A stretch of DNA of 64,000 bases from NCBI GenBank assembly GCA_051294905.1, contig CM119375.1, forward strand, positions 7,378,001 to 7,442,000, read 5' to 3'. This stretch comes from Botryllus schlosseri (taxonomy: Eukaryota). Below the pieces are notes generated by a model. It worked only from the letters and a program-made list of their open reading frames with translations, was not told the DNA's origin and ran no database searches. This document shows, in pieces, positions 51,345 through 64,000 of this stretch (within the stretch, counting starts at the first letter, position 1; every line of letters starts with the position of its first letter). The position numbers and the translations under genes were made by a program.

Positions 51345-54300
51345 CTGGTAAAATGGGATAAAATGGAAAATTGGATTCGGGAAGATTGGATTTGGAAATT
51401 GTGGACGTATATGGATTTGTTCTAGCCGGATTTGGATTTAGACATAGAATGTCGGGGTTTTCCCTTATTTCATGCAACTTCCGAACAGAAACTAAGTGTA
51501 CAATTGAATAAGACATTCCTATTGAATGTGGCGAGATAGCGTAGTGATACGTTCCACAGCTGCAGCTGAGGGTTCGAGTCCGACCGAGGTCGACGCCGGA
51601 ATGCCTACCAAAGTGTTGGACGTCCATCTAGTCTCCTCGCCACATGATCCGCGTAAGAGGGGTCTTAAGACAGCCTAGAAGTGGGCTGTGCTACAAGTCG
51701 GTTAATATGGAATCATAACAAAGAATACAGTACAGGCCTGGTGTAAAATGACCGATGCAGTCGAAACACCATGAATATTAAACAACAACAACATTCCTAT
51801 TGAAATAAACCTGATCTAGTAGGGCATTCAGAAGAATATTGTATTATCAACAATATATTATTCAAATGTATACTGAAGATATGTATCTCCAAAAGTCTCT
51901 AAGCCTAATATCTACGTACCTTTACTTTTTCGAAGCGATCAAGTAGGTCTGGCCTACGACTTGTACAACTTATTAAACCGGCTTTGACTACTTCTACTGA
52001 GTTTTTTATGCAGAACTATTTACCCTTTACACATTGGATTTTGTAAGTAGAATGTACTTTAGGATTGTTTAGTATACTTTTATGGGTGAAAATGTAACAA
52101 CTGGGCGAGATGTCCGCCGTATTACGGTAGATAGCTATTTGTGTGGTGTAGTCACTTCCGATTAACTACTAAAGGTCTGCGATTACGCGACCAACTCTAC
52201 TCCGAAAAAGCGATGTGCTTTGCTACCTCTGAACACGTCGAGATCTTACCAGTGGGAAAGCAGCTTTAGCTCTGGAGTAGGGTTTGTCCCATCCGTCGTT
52301 CAAAACAGAGGCCATCGTATGCGGCGCCATCTTCAACGGGTTGACGTTCCGGTCCATGTCGCCGCGTTCAATTTCCGAGATTTCCTCGCGAATGGCTGGA
52401 ACAGAAACACGAAAAAATGTCTAGGCATTCGTGCCACGCGGGCATGACGAAAAAAAAGGAATCCTGACCTCAAAATTACGGGTCACAGGCGATTACTGTC
52501 AGTAATGAAGTACTTTTAAGTTTTTAGAGATACTCCAGCAGTATTTGCCTATTTACACTACTTGCACACGCGGTTTTGTTAATTCCACATCTATTCAATG
52601 TTTCTTTAGGCAGAGTAAATAGTTTATACGATTTGGATTTTGTAGACGGTAGTTTAAAATATGTTTTCAACTCTGTTACAAGTGAAAGTGTAATAAATAC
52701 CGTCCAAAATAGCCCCGTATCACCTTCAATGAATATTGTTTTCAGAATTTGCACCTCTTTGCAATATCATCAGTCGGGTAGCGTTAGTCCGAAGATGCAA
52801 CTCGTAACTTCGAAAGTAGGTACCTCTGATCAACTGCTAGAGTAAGCGATCCCTCCATCAAATCTACTTCTTGAAATGACTTACTTGAATACTTTAAAAA
52901 ATTTTATTCGAAATAGTCTTGACATATCTGGGAAGCTGCTTCTTCTACTTGTAATTGAATACAGATTTACAATGCTACTATACTTCCACTGAGTACCACT
53001 GCTTTCACCACCTATGTATACAATATACTCACAAATAAGCGAATCGCAATATCTGTCCAGTTCTGCTTTATCTTCGCTTTCAGTCGGTTCCAACATGAGC
53101 GTGTTTGTAACGGGCCACGACATAGTAGGAGCATGAAATCCGTAGTCCTATGCAAAGACGTTTATTCTGTAAAACCTTGCCATAGCAACTTGGTTGGTTT
53201 GATTACCTGCAACCGTTTGGCAATGTCGACGGCTTCCACGTTGGCAGCTTTCTTGAAAGTCCTGGCGTCGATTATAAACTCGTGAGCGTTGAAACCTTGT
53301 TTTCCACGGAATACGATCTGTAGAGGACAAATATATCGAGATCGATTGCATAAGGAATTAATAGTACTGATACCAGTAAACTAAGGTGAATTTTATATAT
53401 GACAGACCGTACGCGGCAGTGTTGATGTCCTCTTATCTGTTCATTACATAGCATTGTGTATTATGTATCGCATTGTATACATCTTTTTGATATCATAAGT
53501 GTCCGAGAAAATGAAACAGTAGAGCAGGCTTGGGTGGCGTGACATAATACTTGAGATTTACAGAAATTTAATGAACCACAGTACCAAGGCCTCCCACATT
53601 CGAATATTACCTGGATTCATGTAGCAAACTATTTAATTTTGGCTGTAGAATAAGCCTGAAATATTATAATACGTTTTAATCGCTATGCCATGTTTACCGG
53701 TAATTTTTTTTAGATTTGGATTCACATTTTTCCCATTACCACTTTCAATTAGCAACCAACCAATCTTTCAAGATTTTGAGTTTTTTATTTGTCCAACGCG
53801 CTCTGCATCCTTATTGATGTACCGTAATAATACAGACATACATACGTTGTAATGCTTCTCCAGCCTCTTCGCCATGTAATTCGCATTCAATATTGCGACT
53901 TCGGATGCCTCTCTTAGGCCTTTGGCGCCCATCATCTGCACAGAAATAAACATATGAGTGCCATCTCCGTAAACAGCGAGGAAATTGTCAAGGACAAAAT
54001 GCGCCACCTGCACACGAGGGACAAAAGAATTTTCAAAAAAGTATGCAGGTCATCTCAAACCACACAAAAAATACTGCCACCGACACCAATTAGGTGTTAG
54101 TCGGTAAATTATCACAGACGGTCAGGCAGACATGGTTGGTATTCAAGCAGAAATAGGGACTTCCAAGTAAGCAAAAAACAATGTGTTTTAGGCCTAGTTT
54201 TTTCGGAAAAATCGAAAAATCTAAAGTAAAAGTAGTCTAAAATCATAACCAATTGAATTAGTAGTACAAGTAGGCAAAACTACCTGCGTAGGCTACTCCA

Positions 54301-57300
54301 GAATTGTAGTAGACTATGACTGATCACCTCAGAAAAGTATACATCAACCGCTGCAATACCCCGAAATCACCCACCTTGACGTAGGCCCAAGAAATAGGCA
54401 AGATACACGACGAACCCCAAGGCGCTGCGCTTACAACTCCGAGCGGGGTTGCACCGGGAAACAGGGACCCAGGCGGCGGCACCACAGGGTGAGTCGGCAG
54501 GAACGGAATGAGGTGCTTCTTCACTCCGATGGGACCCATGCCGGGACCCCCGCCTCCGTGGGGTATGCAGAACGTTTTGTGTAAGTTGAGGTGAGATACG
54601 TCTGATCCGTAATCGCCGGGTCTGCAAAGACCGACCTGAGATGGTGGTTGAAAGCAATTTAATGAAGAGTAAAATCAGAAAACGGATTAAAACACAATTC
54701 CTCAGTGCTAACCAGATAATTTTTGTAGGCAGTAAAGTCTTCAAAACTGCTACAATGTACACACAATGAGTCAAGTATTGAGAGACTATGACTTTGAGTA
54801 ACAAACATAAATGTTCTTCACGTTAAGAGTTATTTCATCAACAAAAAATGTTGTCAAGAGACGTTCTTCAGTGGTTTGTAACTCGGCATCCAACACATGT
54901 TGCAGAAAACTACGCACGTTCATTGAAACGGCGTTTTTGTGAGATAGTGATCGACCTGGGGCATTGCCACAAAGCGCTATTAAATAGAAATGGTCAAGAA
55001 GTATGAATTTATTTTCAACGACATGAGACAGGCATTATTTTCCTTGCGGTGGCAAGAAATAGATTTTAAACTTATTCCTATCATGATGTCATAAGAGACA
55101 GTACCAGAATTCATGACTGGACTCGAAGTAATACACGACACGGAATCGAATCACCCAAGTACTAAGTTCATTTATCTGTTTACAATTTTACAATTTACGC
55201 ACCTGAGCATTCATATTCGCCCCATCGACGTAAACCTGCCCGCCCAATTCGTGAATAAGGGCACACGTCTCCATGATGTCATCCTCAAACACGCCGTTCG
55301 TGGATGGATAAGTCAACATGATGGCGGCGAGAAAGTCGGCATATTTTATCGCCTGCGATACAAAATGCTCAAGTGTCGCATTTCGTGGTGTCAGATGCTC
55401 CATTGTCAGGCAACGATTTATCATACCTTGGTCCGCAGGTCGTCCAAATCCACCGATCCTTCCTTGCTGACCTTGACGGGCACCACTTGCATGCCGCACA
55501 TCTGGGCTGACGCCGGATTGGTGCCGTGCGCCGAGGTGGGGATGAGGCAGACCGTTCTTTTCATTTCGCCTTTGCTTCTGAGGTAGGCGCGGATCGCGGC
55601 CAACCCGGTGAATTCACCCTGAGCGCCGCTGTTGAAAACGGAGTACACTCAAACGAAAGAGTAACGAAACAGTCGCGTCATAGCCAGGGATGACAGATAG
55701 CCCTGGGTCTTCATAGCCAAACACGTCGATTTCGAAGGCCGAACAGACTTGAAAATGGCCAAAATCCGTTTTTTAAGCGATTTCATAAAGCAAAGTGTGA
55801 TCAGGTATTGGTATTACTAGTTTCACGAATGGTATTTCTTAAACAAGTGAAAGTAAATGGTAATATCATGGCATAAAATCTTTGGTACTGCCATAAAATG
55901 CTTCTTTTTGGGGTCAACCGTCAGAAAATACGTTCACATTCTAACAATTTGGCAACACATGTCAAGAACAAGCGATAGAATTAATTCAAATCGAGCGGTA
56001 ATGACCTTCTTAATTTCTATAAGCTGAGTGGCTCTTGGCTTGGGCTAGATTTCAAACATCAAACTAGTAGTGAAACCGTACTGCATTGGGTATTTTCGGT
56101 ATTCAAAGCGAGGAATGAAAATTCCCAGCATCCACATACTTCCGCGACTTCAAAAACACAGTGGACACTAGCTTTACAATCGTTCTCTGATAGGGCGCAA
56201 GGTACAAACTATGTGTCAGGACAAGTCTCAAGTGTCAGTGTTAGACATTATTAGCTATGGAACAGGTAAATACCTGTTAGGTTGAAAGCAAATACTGTCG
56301 TATCCGGTGATTTCACAGAGATCACGTTCCATTTCTTTGAAAAGTTCTTGATACCTGAAAGAAAGACATGATAAATACGCATATCCGATATCAGAAAGGG
56401 ATAAGACGTTAGCGAAATTGACTTTGAACAAGCACAAAAAATTTGCACGTTGAAATCACAAGACTCGAACATCGGCCTGTCTTGGATCGCAAATTCATAA
56501 ATTTATCAGTACACATCATTTACCCTCTGGCTTGATCGAGTGGCGCAAACGGATGAATATCAGCAAACTCCCTCCAAGTAATAGGCTCCATCTCGGCAGT
56601 GGAATTGAGTTTCATGGTGCACGATCCCAATGGAATCATAGAATGGGTGAGAGAGACGTCCTTATTTTCCAACTTCTTCATGTACCGGACGATATTGGTC
56701 TCTGAGTGGTGCCTGGAATAGTCGATGAAACCATAACGAGGGCAGCGTGTTTTCGAGAGGTGCCGCATTGGCTGAAGTGATCACTTGAAACCACTTGTCG
56801 GTGACCCGAATTGTTCTTGCTAATACAGCCAGGTCATAAAAGTTTAGAGCCATCTGTGCAAGCCAGGAATAACATCAACGCTGCAAACACTGGTTTCTAT
56901 AGTGGGAATACTGCAGTTAAGAAAGTTCACACACATTAAAGGTCTACTTTGCTTCTGATATTTGCGTCCAAAATACAACAGCACTAGTTTCAAAATCATT
57001 TTTTTGAAGCTTGTTGGCAAAATCCTGTTACATCTCAGATCTCTTTGCACCCGTAATAGACCCGCATTCACAACCGGCATGGTGGCAATATTCAGCGAAC
57101 TAGAATATAGGTCTATAGGCCAAGAACGGTTCCTCTTAGTCTTGTGTTAAATTTCCTTTTTTGTTGTACTCGTGATATAGTGAACGATATAAAGCGGAAA
57201 TCTGAGAAATTTCTATCATAGATGCTAAGGTTGGAAAACACAGGTATTTCACAAAAACACTCAGAGAGCTAGAAGTTACTGAGAGTTGTATTCTAACATG

Positions 57301-60300
57301 AACCTCTGAACTATCAAGGTTAGCATATTGAACACAAATGTAAATCGAATTTTTGCAACACGTACTGACACTGATGTACTAGATTGGCAGTTATCAACGA
57401 TGGCACTTGAACCGCGATGATAGTTTTTCAAGCGTTTCAATGGTCATTGGTCGTTTTGCACCTGCTTCTCCATATTCTCATACCTGATTCAGATCTTACC
57501 GAATACGTAGATACAGAATGCGCAAAGTCAAGAGCAAACGCACCGAAACGCTGGTAAGCTAAATATTACGAACAGACGCGATGAAACTCACATGTTGAAA
57601 ATTTGATGTGTTAGAAAATCGCTGGTGCGACACAATGGCGAATTGCCGATGCTGCCCTCCAAAATTTGAGGCATGTCTTCGGAGAGTTCCTCCTGTCGAG
57701 AAAATATATTTGGCATCACTGCTTTGTGATTATGTTAAAAAGCAGATTTCTGAATTCTGATTCGAATTGCTACTTATTTGTAGAAAGAACTGGTAATGAT
57801 CAAAATAAGTAGCAAAGCGCGCGAAGAAGACAAGATGGATTTGCCTGTAGATTTTTTGGTAGTCGCAACAGATTCAGAGTGATGAATCTATATATAGGCT
57901 AATGTTCAGAATAGCGAGTGTCATGATAGAGATACCTTCAGAATTGTTTGAACCCTAACATGACCCTAACCTTAACAATAGCTGCTGTTTTTAATGCCTC
58001 GTGATTTTTGAATGCCTCGCCTTTATAACACCTGCTGTTTTTCGTTACGTGACATAATATCTTAAATGAATTGCTATTGAGCCTGGATGGCATATATATA
58101 GTACTTAAATGGTAAAATCCTTTGAAAAAGTAGGCGATCACCCACAAAGTTATGCATAGCATTGTGATTTCAATCATCCTTACATTTGTATATATATATG
58201 TTCTATAATCCTTAACATACAAGACTCGAGAGCAGTATTCGAATATCGTTACATTTGGTCACGCCACCCAAATAACGGTATTCATCACCACCAATATTGC
58301 CCATATTCTCACCCAGACACAAAAATTCACAGCCCATAAAAGAACAGACAAATCCTAAGCCAAAAACTTACAGCAGTCTTCTCCCAGCCGAACACATAAA
58401 GCAGATCGTTCAGGTCAGAATGCTTGATAGTTTCGTCTAACGCGACGCCGACCTGGACATTACAACATCGATTACGTCCTGAACTGGAAATAGCAAGTCA
58501 AACGGTAAGGCAAACCTGTCCGTTGTCGTACAACCGAAGGTTAATCTTTTTCTCCCCAGCCCGAAGCAAGACCTCTCGAACGTCGGCCATCAGTTGAACT
58601 TTGAGGGTGTCGAAGAAAAGGGGATGACGAATGTAGTGGCCAGCTTGGCGGATTCCTGAAAAGATGTGAAGTCGGTCGCGGCACCGGCTTTTATAAAAGT
58701 TTGGGGCCGGGATTAAACTGCATATCACGCGCTTCTTCTCAAATGGTCATCTTTTTAGACTGCTTCTACTTCTACATAAGTTTTTAGGCAAAATTACTTT
58801 GTACTTTGAGAAGAAGAAAATAGTTTGTGGCTACGTTTGCACCACATTTATGAGTGAAAATGTTATAAATATCCAGTGATATAGCTTTTGTACCATGGTA
58901 ACTCAATATAGATTCTAAATTTTGTAGCGCCATTCAACGTTTTATATAAGTCGCTAAAATCCATTCTGCAAAATTTGAAAATAATCACCTCCGATGAACT
59001 GCTAAAAGCATGCCATCCCGCGACCAAATCTACTAAACTAGGAAACTGCTACTCCTACTTATCCTTGAGTAGCAACGCTGTCCAGTGTCCACGTCTGGTC
59101 AGGAGTCAGAGTTGTAGCAAAATAGGACGGTAATTTTTAAGTACATTTAGTAATGGGGAGTCAGACATCAAGAGTAAGAGAATTAAAATCGATACTTGAA
59201 TTAGGTTTTAGCACTCAAATCATTATGCTCCACCCTAGTCACAAGTCGGATTCACGACTTCGAACGTACCATGCGCCAAGAGCAGTGTCCCGTGATGTAC
59301 CCGCATCGCCAGATGCCTGAGCTCTTCCGGTCCGTGGTAGACGGCATACATGGCTGACATGTTGGCGAGAAGCGCCTGCGCCGTGCAGATGTTGGACGTG
59401 GCCTTGTCTCTTCTGATATGCTGCTCTCGAGTCTGTAGAGCGAGTCGGTACACTTCCGTTCCGTGAGAATCTCTGCCAACGTATCACGGTGTTAGTAGCG
59501 CTTAATTGATTTTAGCTTGATCGATTCATCAGTTATCCGATATCAGGCTCAGTGGGAATATCGGGACAGGCTGACTCCAGTTGATATTTATCGGCCTGTA
59601 TAATGGCACCGAGTTTCAAGTGGTGTTCACTTCTTGGCGAAAATGCAGGAAAATTGTGTTTTCCGAACCAGAATCTAGAGTCTTATACTAAAAAAAGGAA
59701 GAGCTTCTTGGGAGGTTCAGAACTTCAATATACAATTGAAAAGTATATTCATATTGGACTGAACAGTAATATTTCCGGCCGACACTCGTCAGAAACTAGT
59801 AGAGAATTGGAAAGGACATATTCTTTCCTATTCAAAATGAATGTACTTTCCAATCGTATAAAAAATGAAGTTTGTATCGGATATATTTTCGAATATCGTC
59901 ACAAGGTGAAATACATCACATTTTGCTGTCGACAGAAAACATCGGCTTAATCGACAAGAATATGTAGCGATGTAGTCTCAAAATTCAGATATTAAGTTAC
60001 ACAAATACTGCTACAATTTTTTGACACAAGCTACTGAATACAAATGTCACGAAATCTAAGTTGAGAGCCGAGTTCAATACATGAGGCCTCCAAATCTCGA
60101 CCGCAAAACATTAAATTTTATTATATCACACCACCACGAGTAAACACCTGTCAGGATGATTTCGGCAAATAGGTACCGTCATGTTATAACATCTTATAAA
60201 CAAGAAAAATGAAAGCTAACCTTGTCACGCCGACCACTCGCCCGGGCATCAGTCTCTTAAACTGGTCTTTGACAGCGAAAAACGCAGCATGCGGACCTCC

Positions 60301-63162
60301 ATAGTTGAGTGGGACACCAAACCGCTGGCCCGTCCCGAGAGCAATGTCACACCCAAATTCGCCAGGTGGCTTCAGCAAAGTTAACGCAAGCAGGTCGGTG
60401 GCACAAGCAATGAGGGACTAAAAACAAATTGATTGGTCGACATTAACACCAGGGTTGCTAGCATCGAACTATTTTACGGTATGTTTGGAACCTGCCAAAA
60501 ACTCATAAATTCATCGTACAGAACTGAATGCAGCAAAGTTTTCAATGTCACAAAACTTATTTAATATAATAGCCTACATTATAGTATTATATTGTCCATG
60601 TACTGGTAGTGCTTGAGATTTGAACTTTGCCGACAGCAAACAGTCCTTCTGAATATATTTCAGTTATAAAAGATTATGGCAATGAATAAAAATTTATGGT
60701 TCAGTACCCGCCACTTTATCGCTAGTAGTATAGTAATATAATTTTGCGAAAACAGCCCACGCCATGAAAACAACACCCAGTGAGCGCATTCTGATGATAT
60801 CATAGCCAATAATATTTGCGCCTAAACTCTAGTGGCATAACAAAGCAAAAGGTAATCGAGACAAACGCTTGGTTTCATCGATCGTTTGGGGTGTCAATAA
60901 TAAAAAAAATCGCAGAATAAATTTCATTTCCAGTCACTTCTATCGTTGGATAAATATTTGTTCAGTGTGAACAGACTACCGATATGTCTATTGATACCGT
61001 CACCGTCGCAATAGCCTCAAAACAACGCAAACTCCTAAGGACAGTCCATTTTAATGGCATTCAAATTCAAAGAAAACGCAGTCGCGATATAGGATTGGAC
61101 ATGGTTGGAATTGGAACCATCTTTTACAGTCCCGTAAAATTTTTAATGTTTCTCCTAATTTTAATTCCATCAAACCAATCAGCTCAAATTGAAATGAAAA
61201 ACATGAACATTACATATACAAAAGTCAAGCCCTCCATCACTCTTACAACAGAAGTGGTAAAAGCAGCAGGCGTTGCTACACAAGGGGAAAGTAGAAGCAG
61301 ATAATGAACATCTGAAAAGCACCCAGAAGTCTGTTTGTTTCAAAAAGTAGATTTGAAACGTACAGTGCATAGGATGTAGCCTTACCCCATTCTCATGCGC
61401 TTGCTCCACAAGCCCAGTGAAGTCAAAAGCACGTCCCTCCGTGTCTGGATACTGAATAAGAGCGCCTGTGAAATCCCGACAACTGAAATCCATCTTCTCC
61501 AATTTCTCCACAAAAACCTCCGTACCGATCAATCTGAAAACCGTGACACATTCAAATAAGTAAGCAGAATATACAAACAATAGAATCCTCCATAGTAATC
61601 TTACTCGGCTCGGGTCTTGACGACTTCTATAGACTGAGGATGAACATTTTCGTCGACATAGAATTTATTTCTCTTATTATGCCGGAAACACAGGGACATG
61701 GCCTCTGCGGCGGCAGTCGATTCATCAAGCAGAGACGCATTGGCGATGTCAAGACCTGTGAAATAATTTAAACTGTAGTTTCGCGGAAAGCTTTGTGCTC
61801 TAGTTTGACTCTTTACTACTGCGAAATTTACGCAATAGCAATTTCTTCACAAAAACTGTGCAATTACAATCACCATTACGGTACCAATTCCTAATGTTGA
61901 GATGATAAGCCATGCAACTGCAAGCATATGCATGGCACGCAGCTTAACAGCAGTATTTAGATCTTGTCGCAAAGTATTACAATTTTGTATGTCGATACAG
62001 GTTGTGTTGAAAATAACAACTGCATGCTTTGACAGTATTAAACGAATGGACATTTTCGACTTCAGAGATCGTATTCTGTAGGGACGTTACTCATAGGAGG
62101 AATCATAGCTATTTCCTGAGTTGCAAATAATGCGCTACATAGGATATATAATTCCTATAACACAAAGGAGCATATTGATGTAGTTTCCTAAGTAATGTGA
62201 AGATTCGTGGCCTATCAAAGTACACATTGACTTGAATTATTCTTTGGTTACGTGATCATTTTTGAGGTGAAAAACCAGGTAAAGCAAGTATGTTACGGAT
62301 CGTTATGTAAGTTCTGATTAGATTTGTATCAAATTCGATTTTTACAGAATTGATAATTGCCAAGATTTGGATGTTTTGATGGACACAGATACATCTGTGG
62401 AAAGTCAAAATAACAGATTATATACACGGCCAGCCTGTCCGTCATAAACACTGACACGAAACAGCTGATACCGGCATTACATAACCAACAAACACCCGGG
62501 GTGCAAATATTTGCATAGCTTCAACAAATATATTGCACAACGGAAAGAAAACAATTCATATTAATGTGTAAATAATTGAAGAGCCTAAAAACTACTTGAT
62601 AAATATTAAATCGTTGTCGCTGACGTCAGAGTTGTGCGTGATACAGGAGTTGACCTCGTGTCTTACACATATGACACATTTAAATCAAGATGACAATCAC
62701 ACTCACCAGTTAAATCCACTACCATGGTTTGGTAATTCAGAAGACTCTCCAGTCTGCCCTGGGCCAGCTCTGGTTGATAAGGTGTGTATGGTGTGGACCT
62801 GGAATTATTACCATAAATTAAATCTGCCATGTACTATAAGCTGATTTTATCGAATACAGTATATGAATGATTCTGTTTTTTTTTTCAAATCAACACATAC
62901 AGTCACCTATGCTACTAAAAAAGCGATAAATAATGTTTTACGATGATATTAATATCCAATACATTTTAGAATATATGGTGTGATCTTTTTGCTGCAACAT
63001 CCCTTATCATTACAGAAACTTACCATCCCGGATTCTCCAGCATGTTCCTGACAATTGTCCTAGGAACCGAACAGTTATGATAACCCATTCCGATATAGGA
63101 ACGCCAATCGCTTTGATTCGTCTTGGCCAAATTATGAAGTCTTTGCAGGATTTCATTTTCAC
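51198..63162 (-). CDS. GLDC: Glycine decarboxylase (glycine cleavage P protein), 5'-partial, 19 exons in window
   Basis: complement join of 63024-63162,62707-62798,61605-61755,61386-61533,60221-60417,59270-59472,58516-58655,58372-58452,57592-57692,56524-56712,56274-56354,55427-55628,55203-55352,54375-54635,53846-53935,53207-53317,53033-53147,52250-52395,51198-51344 = 2744 nt in one frame; motifs [49 protein letters not shown] (PLP Lys codon 54578-54576), GPGMGPIG. Confidence 0.96.
51527..51790 (+). mobile_element. Full-length tRNA-derived SINE
   Basis: A box TAGCGTAGTG, B box GGGTTCGAGTCC (51570-51581), (AAC)n tail, 14-bp TSD ACATTCCTATTGAA (51513-51526 and 51791-51804). Confidence 0.85.
52250..52395 (-). 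CDS. GLDC: GLDC exon
   Basis: [34 protein letters not shown]. Confidence 0.95.
53033..53147 (-). CDS. GLDC: GLDC exon
   Basis: [38 protein letters not shown]. Confidence 0.96.
53207..53317 (-). CDS. GLDC: GLDC exon
   Basis: [28 protein letters not shown]. Confidence 0.95.
53846..53935 (-). CDS. GLDC: GLDC exon
   Basis: [30 protein letters not shown]. Confidence 0.95.
54375..54635 (-). CDS. GLDC: GLDC exon (PLP-binding lysine)
   Basis: [57 protein letters not shown]. Confidence 0.97.
55203..55352 (-). CDS. GLDC: GLDC exon
   Basis: [30 protein letters not shown]. Confidence 0.96.
55427..55628 (-). CDS. GLDC: GLDC exon
   Basis: [36 protein letters not shown]. Confidence 0.96.
56274..56354 (-). 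CDS. GLDC: GLDC exon
   Basis: [26 protein letters not shown]. Confidence 0.95.
56524..56712 (-). CDS. GLDC: GLDC exon
   Basis: [45 protein letters not shown]. Confidence 0.96.
57592..57692 (-). CDS. GLDC: GLDC exon
   Basis: [19 protein letters not shown]. Confidence 0.9.
58372..58452 (-). CDS. GLDC: GLDC exon
   Basis: [27 protein letters not shown]. Confidence 0.92.
58516..58655 (-). CDS. GLDC: GLDC exon
   Basis: [27 protein letters not shown]. Confidence 0.93.
59270..59472 (-). CDS. GLDC: GLDC exon
   Basis: [40 protein letters not shown]. Confidence 0.96.
59745..59820 (+). repeat. Family A partial copy
   Basis: TATATTCATATTGG..CGACACTCGTCAGAAACTAGTAGAGAATTGGAAA. Confidence 0.65.
60221..60417 (-). 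CDS. GLDC: GLDC exon
   Basis: [51 protein letters not shown]. Confidence 0.95.
61386..61533 (-). CDS. GLDC: GLDC exon
   Basis: [21 protein letters not shown]. Confidence 0.95.
61605..61755 (-). CDS. GLDC: GLDC exon
   Basis: [34 protein letters not shown]. Confidence 0.95.
62707..62798 (-). CDS. GLDC: GLDC exon
   Basis: [30 protein letters not shown]. Confidence 0.95.
63024..63162 (-). CDS. GLDC: GLDC exon (first in window)
   Basis: [40 protein letters not shown](W). Confidence 0.95.
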
Positions 63163-63240
63163 CTAAAACACCATAATAACATATTTGAAGCGAGACACAT
63201 GGTAGTAGGCCTACATTACTCCAGTATACCATTGAATTTT

Positions 63241-63356
63241 ATATTCATATTGAAATATACACGAATATTTCCGTGTTGTATTCGTCAGGGGTAGAATAGT
63301 TGCTGACGATTACGGTGAGCGAGAGTCAGCCGAAAATATTATTTCAATATGAATAT
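63241..63356. mobile_element. Family A 116-bp palindromic copy
   Basis: Perfect 17-bp inverted ends ATATTCATATTGAAATA / TATTTCAATATGAATAT. Confidence 0.8.
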
Positions 63357-64000
63357 GCGAGTCGAATGACTAACTAATGTAGTTCATACGTTGCAATGGC
63401 CAGGGCAGGTCCGTTGAATGTTATGCACTTGGTTGTTTGCGTGAAATTTCCCGCGCTAGACATAACGAAAATACAATTGCCGACCGACTCTCGAGAGTTA
63501 GTGCGGTCACGAAGTCGCATACGTTGCAGATAAACTAAATAGTAACAATGAAGTCCGCTTAAGCATTTCCTATTTTGTGGCGAGACATTATAGATTACTA
63601 GCCCACAAGGTGGCTACTGGATAGTTAATGGATGGAGATTGTGTGTACGCCTGTACGGGCACTGAAGTTTATTTGAGTTCATTGCCAGCGTTCCCGATAT
63701 GAGAAAGTATATTTTAGAGCCTGATTCCTCGCCGCCTCGAGATAATCGAGCGACTGGGAGCATCGAAGCGTCAAGTTTGTCCAGCCAACCGCATGATTGT
63801 TTCGCAAAGACCAAGAAAAAACATTTAAAAATGTGGTCGTCTCGGCCACTAACGTAGCGCGTGCTCGATAAGTCGCCCTACGGGCCCCATGTCGTATTAC
63901 GGCAGGCCTCGAATGCGTGACGCCTGCCGGCGATGCGCGTGAAGAATGTAAGCCGTATTTCCACGAATGTCGACTGCATTATTTTTGCAAAGTAAACTAC

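Noticed and set aside
51530-51600. Possible tRNA gene
   Set aside because: A/B boxes present but no convincing acceptor/anticodon stems; tail and TSD show it is a SINE
51625-51680. TCCTCGC resembling the L3 loop of HDV-like ribozymes (also a weak look-alike near 13345-13365)
   Set aside because: Could not build the P1/P2/P3 pseudoknot by eye; a covariance-model search would be needed
63163-64000. Further GLDC N-terminal exons
   Set aside because: No RHIG-type or transit-peptide exon found; region is intronic and the gene start lies outside the window

Overview
Eukaryotic (animal) genomic DNA; an invertebrate chordate such as an ascidian is my inference, not something the sequence proves. 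Two intron-rich genes converge tail to tail. (1) A complete ROR-family receptor tyrosine kinase gene on the + strand, 1776..49175, 18 coding exons whose GT-AG phases join into one 3213-nt ORF (1070 aa: signal peptide, Ig, Frizzled CRD, kringle, TM, degenerate kinase, Pro/Gln/Ser-rich tail). (2) Glycine decarboxylase (GLDC, glycine-cleavage P protein) on the - strand, 19 exons from 63162 down to the stop at 51198; the N-terminal ~110 aa lie beyond the window. Introns are rich in non-autonomous hAT elements (several with perfect 8-bp TSDs, including a three-level nest at 18.9-22.3 kb), MITE-like repeats, one intact tRNA-derived SINE with a 14-bp TSD, and there is an L2/CR1-type LINE 3' end upstream of ROR. 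Most notable: ROR exon 2 begins with GTAAGA (recursive-splice-exon signature), a 20-nt microexon, an NLG (not DFG/DLG) kinase, a stop-free in-frame intron inside the kinase domain, and repeated DSGxxS/T degron-like motifs in the tail. I found no clearly new biological system; all homology calls come from recalled family motifs, not database searches.
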